A DNA stretch of 61,988 nucleotides, filler included, from Dugesia japonica (Eukaryota), in the NCBI GenBank assembly GCA_001938525.1. It is 6 parts of 6 records of this genome, joined end to end, with 100 filler letters (N's around TTAATTAATTAA, not from the genome) between each part and the next. Parts side by side here need not be neighbours in the genome. Positions count along the whole stretch, not along the records: positions 22,297 to 31,086 come from MQRL01577568.1; positions 31,187 to 45,243 come from MQRL01639870.1; 4 more parts are not named here. One strand, written 5' to 3'. The notes below the pieces were generated by a model that worked only from the letters and a program-made list of their open reading frames with translations, ran no database searches and was not told the origin of the DNA. The translations under genes and the position numbers were made by a program. Positions 26,258 through 39,309 of this stretch are shown in pieces; the first letter of the stretch is position 1; each line of letters begins with the position of its first letter.

Positions 26258-27593
26258 TAAAATGACAATTTCACAAAATTTATAAATCGAAATTTTATTT
26301 ATTTGTCAAAAAAAATTCAAATTCAAGTGTAAAAAACTACTTTACACAGTTACAATTATATAAACAAAAATGTAAATTATTTATTTCTAATTCTTTTAAA
26401 TAATTCATACTAATAAATAGCGTAATATGTGAAAAAAATTATTTATATATTTTTTAAAATTTTAGATAGTATTAAAATGTACAAAATATTACAATAAGTT
26501 TAATTTATGAAAAGGTAAGCTACTTTAAGAAATTAATTCATTCTAAAATATTTAAATTATAAGTAAAAGATACAATTCATTTCTAAAATTAAAATAAACT
26601 GCAATTTTAATAATTTCCAATGCAAATGAATAAATAATGTATATATAAAAATATCCATTTTACAATTACAGTTATTGCGAGACTAATTATTGGATGTAAC
26701 CATTGATCATTTTTCAGATTTCATTAAAATCAAAGATACGAGCAATTTTTTTTGTTTTCGATAATATTTCAAATATTAAAACATCATATAAAAATCAAGA
26801 TATATCCCATAAATTATCTTTAAAAAACTCTTTTATATCTCTTAAAATTCAAATTTCCTCAAATATCCTTGAAGAATTCCTGAAATATTCAATAAAGAAC
26901 TTAAAACCAGTTTAAGGGAACTATAAAACAATGTAAAAACCGGTTATAACATCATATAAAACTCATACAAAATACCATTAAAAACCCTTAAAAAACCACA
27001 CAATAAATACTATAAATTTCATGAAAACTCGTAAATTATTAAAATCTCATACAAGTTCCATAACATCCCAATAAGTCCCTTCAAATTCACGAAAACTTAA
27101 ATATTTCCTTAAAAACTGATGAAAAACTTCACAATTACATTAAAATTTATGAAAAATCCCATACTTTTATTAAAATTTATGAAAACCCAAATATTTACTT
27201 CAATTTCTTGAAACACTCATATATCCTTAAAAAAATTCACACAATCCCCATTGTGAGTGTGTTTTGAAAAGCGAGTTGAAATTTTGTGTAATTGGTGATC
27301 ATTTTTATTAAAATCTTTTATTTAAAAAGATTGAAATTATAGATGATAAATTTAAATGACGAATATTTGATTTTAAATTTTGAATGAACGAATAGTTGGT
27401 TTTAAATTTTAAATAACGATTTAATAATACATCAAAATTTTTCAATAACTTTAATAAAATTTTAAATAATTTGAAAAATGATCACCAATTAAAACACGGG
27501 ATTTTAATTTGTTTGAATAAACAAATAGTGTTAGTTATAGTTTTGTTTTGCGAATAAATTTTATATGGAATTGAGTTTTGATATTAATGATCC

Positions 27594-30131
27594 TGTTGGG
27601 GTGAAACACCCAGTTAGAGACGAAAAGTAGATCCAAAGTTCAAATCAGTAAAGGAGGACAGTAATGTGATTATCAAAAGTATTCGAAAGGTAAAGCAATC
27701 AAAATCAGGTTTGGGACATAATGCACATAACCATTAAAAAGAGTAACATAAAAGTAAAAATGGATCCAAAAGACAGGGGTGAATAAAGTGAAACCACATC
27801 ATCAATATTAATCAAAAGAAATAAAGAGGCTCATAATAAAAATCAATGAAATTATATTTATATAACAATTAATTATCAAAGAAAAGTTAATTAATTATGA
27901 AATAAAATAAATTAAAATTAGTCGAAAATTGGTTTTATACTAATAACTTCGCTCAAAAAAACCGGAGAGAGTTCAGGTAAAAATATCTGAAAAGAAAATA
28001 ATGAGAAGCATTGGAATTTCGTAAGAAGAAAATTTTGCCACCATCAGAGGAGCTACCACAAGGGTTGGAAGAATGGGCCAATAACAACCCAAGAAATAAA
28101 AATAAAACAAAGACCTGATCATCACATGATGATTTAAAAATAGAGGCCAATAAAAGTTCAAGAAATCCATGAAAAATCTGGAAAATCAACACCAAAACCA
28201 ATGAAAAACAAGAAATTTGAACTAAAAATAACCGACCAATGTAGAGTGAATTGGGGTCTTACCAAAAATTGTATTAAACCCCCCTGAATTTTAATCAAAT
28301 ATTTACACTTTTTCTCATATTTCACTTACGGAAAGTTATAATAAATCTATTCAGGAAAGCAACATTTGGAAACCGATTAGTTATTATAGCAATTAATTTA
28401 ACGAAGGCATGGTATTAATTTCCACTGCAATAATTCCAAGCATCTTCTTTAATTAATAAATTAGAATTACAAGGAACGGTCGAAGAAACGGAATTAAAGC
28501 AAAACCAATCTAACGAGAATCAACCCATTATCGGAACCCGTTGCAGTTAATTCTATCTCCGCAGTAAGTAAAAGTTCATGGTTAATTGTTTATGTTATAT
28601 GATTTATGTAGTAAACTGTTAATAAAATTATTTAATTTAAAGTTGATTGATTTTGTATAGATATTTTAGAGCTAAACCTGAATAGAAGTTCCATTTTTCT
28701 TTTCCATTTAAAGTATTAGAAAATCATGATCTGGTCAGAAAAACGATCTCCCACAAAATTAGATGTTGATTGCAGGCAGAGAATACATAACCCGTGTCCT
28801 GATAGTAATTATCAACTCGCGTATTGTCACCACTAAAGTCCACTATACACTCATACATCGGCCATCGTAATGAAAACTTTTGCCTAGAGAAACATGATTA
28901 ATCAGAGAGACTTAGGAAATGGGTTGGCACATACTAACTGCCATCTATGGCTAAACCTGATTGAAAAAGCACACTTTTATTCTCTATCGTTTTCCCTGCT
29001 AATCTTTCCCAGTAACTAATTCAAGCAAATCAGTTCACCATAAGAGCAAAAATAAGTTAATATTCACCTTCTCACCAGTAGGTGTGTCAGAAGTTTACAA
29101 GCGCAAAACAAAAATTCATTTTTTACTACTGTCTCACCGTAATGGGACACAAAACCACCGAGTAGAGATGTAGTAAATGGACTCACAAGCACAGTCAATA
29201 ATTGATGAAATTATTAGGTAATTTTTGTATCTGAAGCATTATTGATCACATTCATATATTAGTGGCATTCGTCTCTTTGAGCGCATGGCTAATTAAGGTC
29301 GTTACTAAAAACACACATATTATGAATTTTGTCCGTGAGCATTCTGCGTTACATTCCCGTTAAAGTAGTGGATAACTATAACTATCAATTATTTCATTCA
29401 TGTGCGCATGAATTACTATCCTATTTACACTATTATGATTCTTAAAATGATATTATTATGCATTCCATTATTATTAACATTAACAATATTATTATAATTA
29501 TTAATATTTGTATATCAATTTTTCTATTTAATACCCGTGTTATTGCCAATATTAAAATTAGTAAAACGAATAGCATCTTGATTATTAGTATCACCGTCAC
29601 CATTATTGTCAGGCCGAGATCAGTATTTTCCACAATTAGTAACCGTATTGTGGCCACTTATTTAATGGTAGCTCAAGAGAATTTTAAATTGGTAATTGTA
29701 ATTAAGATCAGCGAAAAATAAATTTCCTCAAACAATATATCTCTGACCTATCATTTCAACTGGGGAATCCAACGTGGATCCAATGAGACGATAGTTATGA
29801 CCAAGTGTCTTTTGATTTTTTGGTTACCGATCCGGCCCAGTGGTTAGACTCTGGCACTCTGTAGGAGTTGTAATTATTAGAAATAAAATATAATGTAATA
29901 TTAATGTTTGATTGACGTCTTGGTGAGTATAATAAGGGAAATAATGAACCCGAAACAAAGATGTACGAGTGATAACCTCCCATAAAGGTTGAAGGTCAAA
30001 CTTAGGGGCATTAGATTAAATTCTTGAAAGGGATCCCCTGAGAGCCGTTTTTTCTTGGCCAGTTTTTCCGTTTTATCATCAACTCAGGTGAAGCCACAGC
30101 AATCCGACGAGTACTACAAACTCATGTAACA
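27594..30131 (+). mobile_element. Long LTR-like element (TGTTGGGGTGAAAC family), ~2.5 kb, with decayed internal ORFs
   Basis: Starts TGTTGGGG and is collinear with 58245-59400 (acaagggttggaagaatg, CCAAT boxes, ccgttgcag, AATAAA). It has the 3' motifs gaaccc and agattaaattctt and ends ...tgtaaca. No matching TSD, so the 3' end is tentative. Confidence 0.7.
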
Positions 30132-30837
30132 CCCTTAATTCCCTGAAAATTCACAAAATTTGCATAAATCCGTTATATTTCAAATAAACCAAATATTTAA
30201 CCATTAAAAATTCATAAATTAAATTAATTATTTTCCTCCCCGAGAAATCTCAACAATACAAATCAGCATATGTTATATAAAGTTAATTACTATTTTGAAT
30301 TTCCTACCATTCAATTCAAAACTTAAATTTACATATAAATTGTCTAAGTACTTATCTTTAAAAATTTATCTTTTAAAATGTTGGGGGAAAATAAACCTTG
30401 AAAACCAACCTTAAAATACACATACACACACCTGTAGTATATAAAACAGACACAATCAATATACATCATATCTACAATTCAAATCAAATCCATCAAATGA
30501 TTCCAACCAAGTCAACCAAATCAGTGATCAACATTGTAATATTTATGTGAAAATATCTGATTGTTAGAAATTATAATATTTATATTATTTGTTGACTTTT
30601 TATATATTGATGTATCTTATTTTATTTTATTTGTAAATATTGTTTCTACAAGAAATATAAATGAATTTTTTGATCCGATCGATTATGAAACGCATGTTTA
30701 TTTTGTAAAAAATTAAAAGCAAATAATTCAATCGATCACAAAACCAACAAGAAAACTATACTTTTATTTTTCTTTCAAAAAAAATAATGGAAATGAATTT
30801 TTATTTATTAATATTAATGAAAGTGAATTTTTATGTT

Positions 30838-31086
30838 TGTTGGGGTGAAACACCAGATTAAGGCAAATAAAATGGCGTAAGTAAACACGAAATTCGAAAA
30901 TTCTACCTAAGAAAAAAAATGAAGAAATCGGACCCACGAAGGGCATAATCTAGTTGGAAAGAAGAATTACGAAAGCCAAAATGGGATAAGAATGCCAAAA
31001 TTCGTGCGAAGGACGAAAGAACTAGAAGATAACGAGGGAATAAAAAACCCAACAAAGTCAAAAATCGGTAATCCGAACAACGAAAA
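30838..31086 (+). mobile_element. 5' end of the same LTR family, truncated at a scaffold end; near-identical to 53518-53584
   Basis: tgttggggtgaaacaccagattaagg...atggcgtaagta.acacg.aattcgaaa is shared with 53518. Confidence 0.8.
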
Positions 31087-31186
31087 NNNNNNNNNNNNNN
31101 NNNNNNNNNNNNNNNNNNNNNNNNNNNNNNTTAATTAATTAANNNNNNNNNNNNNNNNNNNNNNNNNNNNNNNNNNNNNNNNNNNN

Positions 31187-31594
31187 TTAATATTCTCGAG
31201 TGTTTTGCATAGTTTTTAATAAATTTTCTGTAATAATTTGTAAGTCCTAAATATTCACGAAGTTTTTTAAGCATTTAAAGTTGTTCAAATTCTTTAATTG
31301 CTTTTATTTTAAACCATCTTTTGAAATGATATGACCAAGGAAATTTTCACATATACGCATTTATTAGCACTTAATTTCGAACCTGAATTTTTGATTGGAT
31401 TATAAACATTTTCCAGTCTTTTTGTGAATTCCTTCTCAGTTTTAGAAAATATTAGTATAAAATCAAGATAAACAATTGCTTCCTTCCAATTTAAGAGTCC
31501 AAACACTTTTGTCATTAATTTTTGAAATTTTGCTGGTACTGCAGCAATTTCAAATGGCATTCGATTGAAGCAAAATTGACGAAACTTTGTAGAA
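31187..31594 (-). mobile_element. Ty3/gypsy RT relic
   Basis: QFCFNRMPFEIAAVPAKFQKLMTKVFGLLNWKEAIVYLD. Cut at ~31596 by a GTAGGTAGATAGTAGCGCACT terminus. Confidence 0.88.
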
Positions 31595-31887
31595 TGTAGG
31601 TAGATAGTAGCGCACTGAAGCACCCCCTTATCGAAAAATAATAATACTGTTTCAGAATTTAGGTATTGGTGTGTGTGTATACGTAAAAGTGAACTCGAAT
31701 GGGTTGTGGAGTTATTGATTTTAAATTTTGGGGGGGGGTTTATGACATGGGCGTGTCATGATTGTCTTTATATTGTCTAAAAAACTTATAGAGTAGGGTG
31801 CATGGTTCTCTCTATAAGAGGTGGTATCGCACTGAAATAGCTGTTGACTTATTGCGCGCTTTTTTTTAATCTTAATAGTTTTGTGAG

Positions 31888-32835
31888 TAGTTGTTGGATT
31901 TTGGTGGGTAATGGCTTGTTAAAGATGTAATGTGATGAGGAATTTGTTGGTGGTAACGATGAATAAATGACGTGGGAGCTTTATCTCCTGGCAAAATGAA
32001 ATTTGGAAGCGTGTGTGGCTGCATAAAAAGCAAAAAATAAGTCTTATAAGAAGCGCTGTCGTGAGTATCAGGAGGAAGTGAAACTTTCTCACTCCCAGGA
32101 TTTTATATGGAAGGCTCAACTCGAATCTTTCGCNGAGTTTATTCGGTTCTCACAAGAAAAAGAGAATCAATTAGTGAACGATATTTTAAAATTGCGGTAG
32201 CCTGTGCCTTTTGACCCAATCTTAATTTACAGACGCGAAACTGAGTTTGCCTATTCAGTGTATTTTTTTTTGTTTATCAATAAATATTTCAAGTTTCTTT
32301 TGTTCATGCAATTTTTTTGTGATCTGGTTATCTCCATGTGTTAATTACCTTTAATTTAGTGTCCTTAAATCAATTAAATAAGTGTCATCAATTGTTACGT
32401 GGACTGTTGTTAGAGCGAAATGAGCCAAGTGGTGTAAACAGATGTTGTTATGACACATCAAACAAAAAATCAAACCATAAGGAAGCTCGAGATGGTGTAT
32501 AAAAAGCAGCTGGAGATCGCAAATAATACTGCGAATAGGCTGTTCCGAAAGGTAAACTTTCTAACACAATATATATCTGACCTGACCGCCAGGCAAAGTC
32601 TTTGAGCTATTAATCAGTAGAATAGCATCGATGATGANGCAGCCTTTAATTTTTTGGATGAACCTCCAGTTCAACCCTGACAATACACACATTTCTTTTT
32701 GAACGAATAAATGTTGCACATTATTACTCTTGATCTGGTTTTATATACATAGTTTAATTAAGGGGAATTTTGAACCCGGACCAAATGGATGTGAGCTAGC
32801 ACTCAAACTACGGGTTACGAGTCACCGGCTCCATC
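31888..32835 (+). pseudogene. Decayed LTR cargo cassette: ORF B (31888-32260), ORF C (32450-32680) and the LTR 3' motif (32772-32835)
   Basis: MTWELYLLAK*NLEA...YKKRC...WKAQLESFAEFIR...ENQLVNDILKLR aligns with 61508-61894. RKVNFLTQYISDL aligns with 29712-29750. Confidence 0.8.
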
Positions 32836-33399
32836 TAATCATCTAATAGTAATCATCACCGGAATCATCTAATAGTATGAGTTTGTGAGCATCCATTGTC
32901 TAAGCAACTAATAGTATGATCCAATGGACATCTATTACTATGAAACCTGAGCAACTAATGTTAATACTACCCGAAAAACATTATTATTAATATTTCCCGG
33001 GGTAGCATCAAATATTAATGTTAATATTCTCCGGCGCTGCTAATTTTAATATTGCTCTGGAAAAAATATACTTTAAAAATCGTTAATTTTACTTAATTTA
33101 AACAAATAATAAGTAATTTGACCTCATTTAAACAAAAAATCATAAAAATACATTAATTAAAACAAAATATGTATTATGTAATTATTATGTAACCATTACG
33201 TTGTCATTACGCAACTATGATATCCTCATACCGTAACCACTGAATCATTAGGTAATCAACACACACAAAAATTTGTACCAATCAATTCGCTAAACACATG
33301 TGGGCGACCACTAAAATTTCTGCCTCAAAAAATTTTATACTCGCATAGGGGTAATGAGGCAGTGGGTTACTATCCTTATATTATCACTTTCAAGGAATC

Positions 33400-34070
33400 T
33401 TCTTTGTCGTAAAAAAAAATTATAATTTATTAAATTCAACTACGTCAAATTTTGAAATTTGTGAATAGATTTTAAGAAGACTAGCATGAATTCTCGTTTG
33501 CCTTTCCACAAGCTAAAATAAAAGGATATTATTTTAATCTGTATCAAAATCCAATCACAAAAGTAAGCAACGTTGGATTAAAATCAGATTTTGAAATTAA
33601 TATTAATATAAAACTTAGGTTAAAGTTTCTTGTTGCATTGACTTTTGTCGCAATACATGATGTCAAAAAAATATTTGTGATGAGCTTATTGCCACATTTA
33701 TACATAAAATTCGCTATAATGCAGTGCTCACTTATTATTTTTCAAAATATATTGAAGACGCAGCACGTAAAATTTTCAGTAAAAATATGGAATCATTACT
33801 ATGCAGTGTTTCGAAATTTGTCTACAACTACAAATTACTGCGTAGAATTTCGCAATGCACTAAATTCTTTATTTCACTTCAACTACTCAAATGTTTTGAT
33901 TGTATTCGATGGACTTAAGAGAGATCTGGTGTCCACACTTTAGAATGAGAAGTGGGTTGTCCAGAGGTGAAAAAGAAAATCTTTGATGAATTAAAAAATT
34001 TAATTGCAATCACGATGCATGAAGATGCACAAGTAGAAGACAAATTGAAATACCTGGAGACTGACAAATT
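33400..34070 (+). mobile_element. MULE/MuDR transposase relic
   Basis: AFPQAKIKGYYFNLYQ..KV..GLKSDFE...LKFLVALTFVAIHDV and FSVKIWNHY...TTTNYCVEFRNALNS, which are decayed FP.a.IKGC.FH and WN..RTNN..E.FHN motifs. Confidence 0.8.
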
Positions 34071-35556
34071 TGTATTAATAAATATTTTTACGAATTATTT
34101 ATAATTAATAGTATTATTTTAAGATNTTTTATNCTGTATCAAGTATGTATTACTTGTTATTATTATTTTTCACATATTTTACTTATGATCTTTGAAAAAC
34201 GCACTTGTTAAATATTATTTTTTTTACTTTTAAAAACATAGTTATTATTACTTTAAATGTTTTCGTACTTTATTTGCATTTAATTTTGATTTAATTCTAA
34301 ATAAAATTTTATTATATATAAATGTTGTGATTTAACTTGCGAATGTGTCAATACAAATATTATACAACGATATAATTAAAAACTTTACTTTATAGATAAC
34401 TGATATATGTATTCGACCTTATATAAATAAGTATCAAATAGCTTTTAACAAACGTTTATTTAGGGTATATAAAGATACAAACAAACAAAACCAGTTATAC
34501 GCAATTTCAATTTTAAAATATTTTCCAGATTCGGAAAGACCTCAGTGGAAAACTGTTTTTCGAATAAAATCTCAGATTATGAAGCTATTTATACTAATTT
34601 ATATGAGACTACTATACACTAATTATAAATATTTACATAAAAATTCTTTAATTGTTATAAATTTTCTAGTTTTTTTATAAAATTTTTTAATAATTTATTA
34701 ATTACAGTAAAATTCTGCAATTAGTTTTTATTTACACAACTGACTTATTCACCATCAATTATAATAATTACACATAAACCATTATTAATTTTCCAATTAA
34801 AAATTTTAAACATTACCTGATAAAAATTATTAAATAACAAATTAATATTGTACAATAAAAATAATCAAATAAAATTAATGTTCGAAAATAATCACTATTT
34901 TTTTAGTTTAAAAGTCTTATAAGGAATTATTAATGTTTATTCAGTATATTGAATCTTGATTGTTGAATTATCGATTGTTGGATTGATGGATTATTATTGA
35001 AATGGATTGATATTGGATTATTGATTGCATGAAGACATTTGTATTTCTGTGTGATTGTATGTTTGTGTATGTTTGCATATTTCATGGAGGGCTAGATCCC
35101 AACAATCGTACTATTTTTAAATACCAATGTAACCACTTAAATTGATCATTTATATTATTACATGGGTTTTATGGCTGGCATTGAGTTGATTATCCCGATT
35201 TACACTAATTAAAAGTTAAACGCACATACATATTTGTAGTGACTTCATTTTGTACTAGATGTGCCGTCATTTCTTCATTTTAGTAAGTTTTCATTCATTC
35301 AACCAAAAGGTCACATGTGGCACTAGAAATTTTCTGTCCAATTTACCAATTAATGTATACTTTTAAAATGATCCTAATATAAGAGTGCGAAGTTGCCCAA
35401 AACAGTTTTCCATAAATCATTAACATCCGAGATTTTTATTCTTTAAATATTCACAAACACTTAACATTTCCACGTATTTATGCAGAATAATATAATTTGA
35501 AAACTCTAAATTTTTTATTATATATAAAAGCGAAAATATATTTTATTTTAAGAATT

Positions 35557-36600
35557 TTATTGAATGAATATAAAATCCTCATCTGAATTATCATTTAAAT
35601 CGGATACTATATTTTTCATCACTTTTTCTTCTTCGTCATATTGTCTTGAAAGCTTTTCATTCAAATCATTTTTGTTTAAACATACTTTAAACAGACTTTT
35701 TTGACATATTTCTTGGCTAATTGTTTTAATGCTGGACGATATTGACTGGAAAATAAATTTCCGTGAAGGTTTTTTCCTATATCTAGATTTCGTCAATTCC
35801 TTTGGTTCATTTATAAACCAATTACTCCATGAAATCTTCATTGGTGCTTTAAATGTGGTATGTACTAGAAAATCTAAAGGTTGTTAATATGATGTAGTAC
35901 GAGCAGGAATAAAATGTAGTTTGTATTTTTGCCTTTAATTCGTCTAGAACTGAAGATTCTTTGTGAGAAGTAAATTTAGTCAAGTAGTAACAATCTTTTA
36001 GCTATGCTTTTAAATGGTCCTGTAGTATTCAGGCATAATTTAATCCATATTTCCATGGTTACTGATTTGTTTGTAATTTCATTAAATAAATCTTTTAGTA
36101 TTGTGCTTTTAAAATAATCTTTTTAGTATAATCTTTTAAAATATTCGATAATTGTAATTTTTATTTCATTAAATGGATGAAAGTCTTCGTGTCCCACACT
36201 GGTTATTTTTCTGCGTGATAAAACATTTTATTCCATGAACATATTTACTCAGTTATTACTTGCTTTAAAATCTTATATATTCAAATCATCTGCTATTTTT
36301 AATGCATGCTGTCTAACTAATTTATAATGTATTATTATGTTATGTGTACATCTTTCATTATAAACCTAAATATACAGCTTATTCTCAAGCTCTGTATAAA
36401 AAGCTTTCTTTCCCGATCCAACATGCTTTGTATTATCTTTACTAGAAATTAATAGAAATTTTTCTTCTAATTTTATTCATTTACTAAGCATTTTATTTGT
36501 AACCTTCCATTCATGGGCTACCTTTAATATTTTATTACTTTCTTGGTTTAATTTTTTAATTTCATTCAATTTTTCTTTGATTGTATAAGATTTTCTACTC
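35557..36600 (-). mobile_element. pogo/Tc2-type DDE_1 transposase relic
   Basis: RLLLLD*.TSHK...LHFIPARTTSY*QPLDFLVHTTFKAPMKISWSNWF...LTKSRYRKKPS. Confidence 0.8.
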
Positions 36601-37544
36601 ATTAATGAGTTTAAAAGATTATGTCAATTGATTATTTTAACGATTACGCACAAATCATTTATAATTATTTTTGCAAAGTTAATAATGGAATATATACTGT
36701 AAGAATGATTTATAGATGATCCATATCTGGGAATTATTTTTAATTTAAATAATTTGTTATATATTATATTAAAATGATTTCTCCCGAAAATAAAACNNNN
36801 NNNNNNNNNNNNNNNNNNNNNNNNNNNNNNNNNNNNNNNNNNNNNNNNNNNNNNTATGGCAGCAATTTGAACTGATTTCTTAATCAAAAAAGTAAACTAT
36901 TAATGACGAACCAAATAATACTATTAAAGTTACAACAAATACATCTACCATGAAGAATTCTAATGAAGTAAAATGTAAAGTAAAGAAAATTAATTAACAA
37001 TATACAGACGCATTTTACAATTGTAAGTATTACGAGAATAATTGTTGGACTTAAACATTGATCAGAATTGAGATTTGATTAAATTAGTTAGATTGATATT
37101 AATTATTGTAAAACTTTAGTAATTGTGTTATTTTTCATATTTTTATATAATTTGAAAGCATAAAAATAATCCTTCTTTTAAAAAGTGATTATTCTTTTAG
37201 TAAGTTAATCGATTTTTTATTTAATATTTGAATTATTTTGGTTTTTGGAATAGTTTCAATTAGGCTAGTTCAGGTTTATTTTTATTAATTAATCATTTAA
37301 TAGCTGTTACTGCTCGATTTTTGCAAAGGTTCAACTTTATCATACTTTTCAATAAAAATTAGAGAAATCCAAAACTCAAATTATTGTTTTTGCGCTTAAA
37401 AGTTTTAACATTTAAAATTAATAAATTAATTTGAAGTAATAAAATGAATTTTGAAATAAAATTTTTAAAGTTTCTTCTATAGATTAAAGTTTAATCTCAG
37501 ATTTTTAACTTAGTTATTTTTCAAAATCAAATTGAAATGTTTAG

Positions 37545-37665
37545 AAGTTGTCTATTAGTTATGTCAACCAAATCGTGGAGGTTTTAAGAAGTTTGACAGT
37601 TTTTGAAAAAGTGGGAGGGGTTTAAAATTTACTGAAAATTGTTGACATAATTAATGGGCAGCCAT
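37545..37665. mobile_element. Small degenerate MITE (~120 bp)
   Basis: Inverted termini attagttatgtcaac ... gttgacataattaat. Confidence 0.5.
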
Positions 37666-38067
37666 TATCTTTTATTTTTAATAAATATTTCATGGATTCA
37701 AATACTCTAACAATTATTATTCTGAATTTATACCAGCTTATGTTTGTGGAGTTGATGTTAATTAAAGAAATAAAATATCTAAAATTTAAAAGCACACATA
37801 TTTTATGACAATTTGAATTTCTTAAAAATTAATATTAAAATCAAATGACCGAATTTAATAAAGCTAGTTAATTTAATTTAATAGTTATTAATATTAAATT
37901 TAGGGTTTTACTAAACTTTTTAATTTAGTAACCTTTAATAATAATTTCTTATTATACAAAAAGAAAATCCATATATTAATATTTTTCACTGTTTTTATTT
38001 AAAGGAATTTGTTTAATTAATTCAATGAAATGAACACAGTGAAATATATATTTTAAATATTTTGAAA

Positions 38068-38809
38068 ATGGGTTGTGGGTCGAGGGTTTTGGAACAAGAT
38101 ATTATAATGAAATTATTGGGCGTAATTGATGAAGATTCATTTAATTAGATAAAAATAAATATTTTCAGAATGAAAATGCAGAGTTTTCTTGTTCAAAGGA
38201 AAATGAAATTAGTTCATGGAATTCCAACGTTACTAACTTTAACAATAATGCTCCTGTTCAAACTAAAATTTTTAACAAAAAATCCAAAGCAAAGTTTAAT
38301 AACGGATCTCGAATGATGTATGGATATAAATCAAATAATAAAGTCAATAATTTCAATTTTAAATATCATGATTCAATAGATGATTATCTAATTCAATATC
38401 GCAATGAGAATAAAGCAATCAGGTGCCTTTCTGAGAACGGTGATCTCGCTAATAATCGGGAAATTTTTAATAAACCTCATAAAGACATAATAGACTCAAT
38501 AGTGACAGATTTCTATCCTTTGAAACCTGATCCTCCTGAAAAGTCATTGATTCATCAGGTGAAATTTTGGCAAAATCAAAATTCAGAATTTGATAAATAT
38601 CGCCAAGTGTCGATCTCAAATGATAATAATGATATTCAACGTTCTTTAATTGGTCCGCAAGTTGTTGGATCATTACCCTCTTCTTCAATTCCAACTAGTT
38701 TTGGACAAAGGTAAGTTTTATCTAATAATTCTTAATAAAAAAAATAATAACCAATTCAAATTACTGATTAATATAAAACATATTCTAGATGTCGGTATCG
38801 AATTACGAG
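38068..38809 (+). CDS. Unidentified gene, 5' exons, with MGCGS N-terminus (putative myristoylation/palmitoylation)
   Basis: Exons 38068-38121, 38169-38710 and a possible micro-exon 38789-38809. GT-AG sites join in frame to about 205 stop-free codons in very AT-rich DNA. No family recognised. Confidence 0.65.
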
Positions 38810-39309
38810 GTTTGTAATTATTAATTTACCCACTAAGCTTGCACTTGATATCACAAAATATCGATAAAATGCACAGATTTTTAAAAATTACTTATAAATA
38901 ATTCTATTTCAATTAAAAATTTCACGAAAATCAGTTTCAAAAGTTATTGATTGAATGAAATACGTCATTTTGGAGATTTCTTAGAGTGCTCTATTTTCAG
39001 TGATAAATTTTTTCTGTTGGAAATTTGAAATGACGCCTCAATTCGGCAGAGACCAAACGAAATTAGAAACTTTTTATTCCTTGTCGCCGCCTAATATTAC
39101 CATTGTAATATATTCTCCGGTGAGGAGTGCCTCCCCAAGGAGGAGTACAAAATATTAATTCCTCAAATTGTAATTTGAGAAATTTTCATTTTTTTATTAT
39201 TGGATATCATAAAACAAACATGTAAATTTGATTTTTTTTTAATATTTTGTGTATAAATGTGAGGAGAGGAATAAAGCATAAAAGTATAGAATCCCTGCTC
39301 TAGAGGGTT

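Noticed and set aside
29442-29721. Hydrophobic ORFs suggesting a membrane or env-like protein within the LTR
   Set aside because: Ile/Leu richness follows from ATT/TAT-rich low-complexity DNA on both strands, and no homologous frame was found in other copies.
30379-30533. Short TGTTGGG...CAACA element, loosely similar to 34950-35104 (minus)
   Set aside because: Possibly tiny solo LTRs, but there is no TSD and the similarity is low-complexity.
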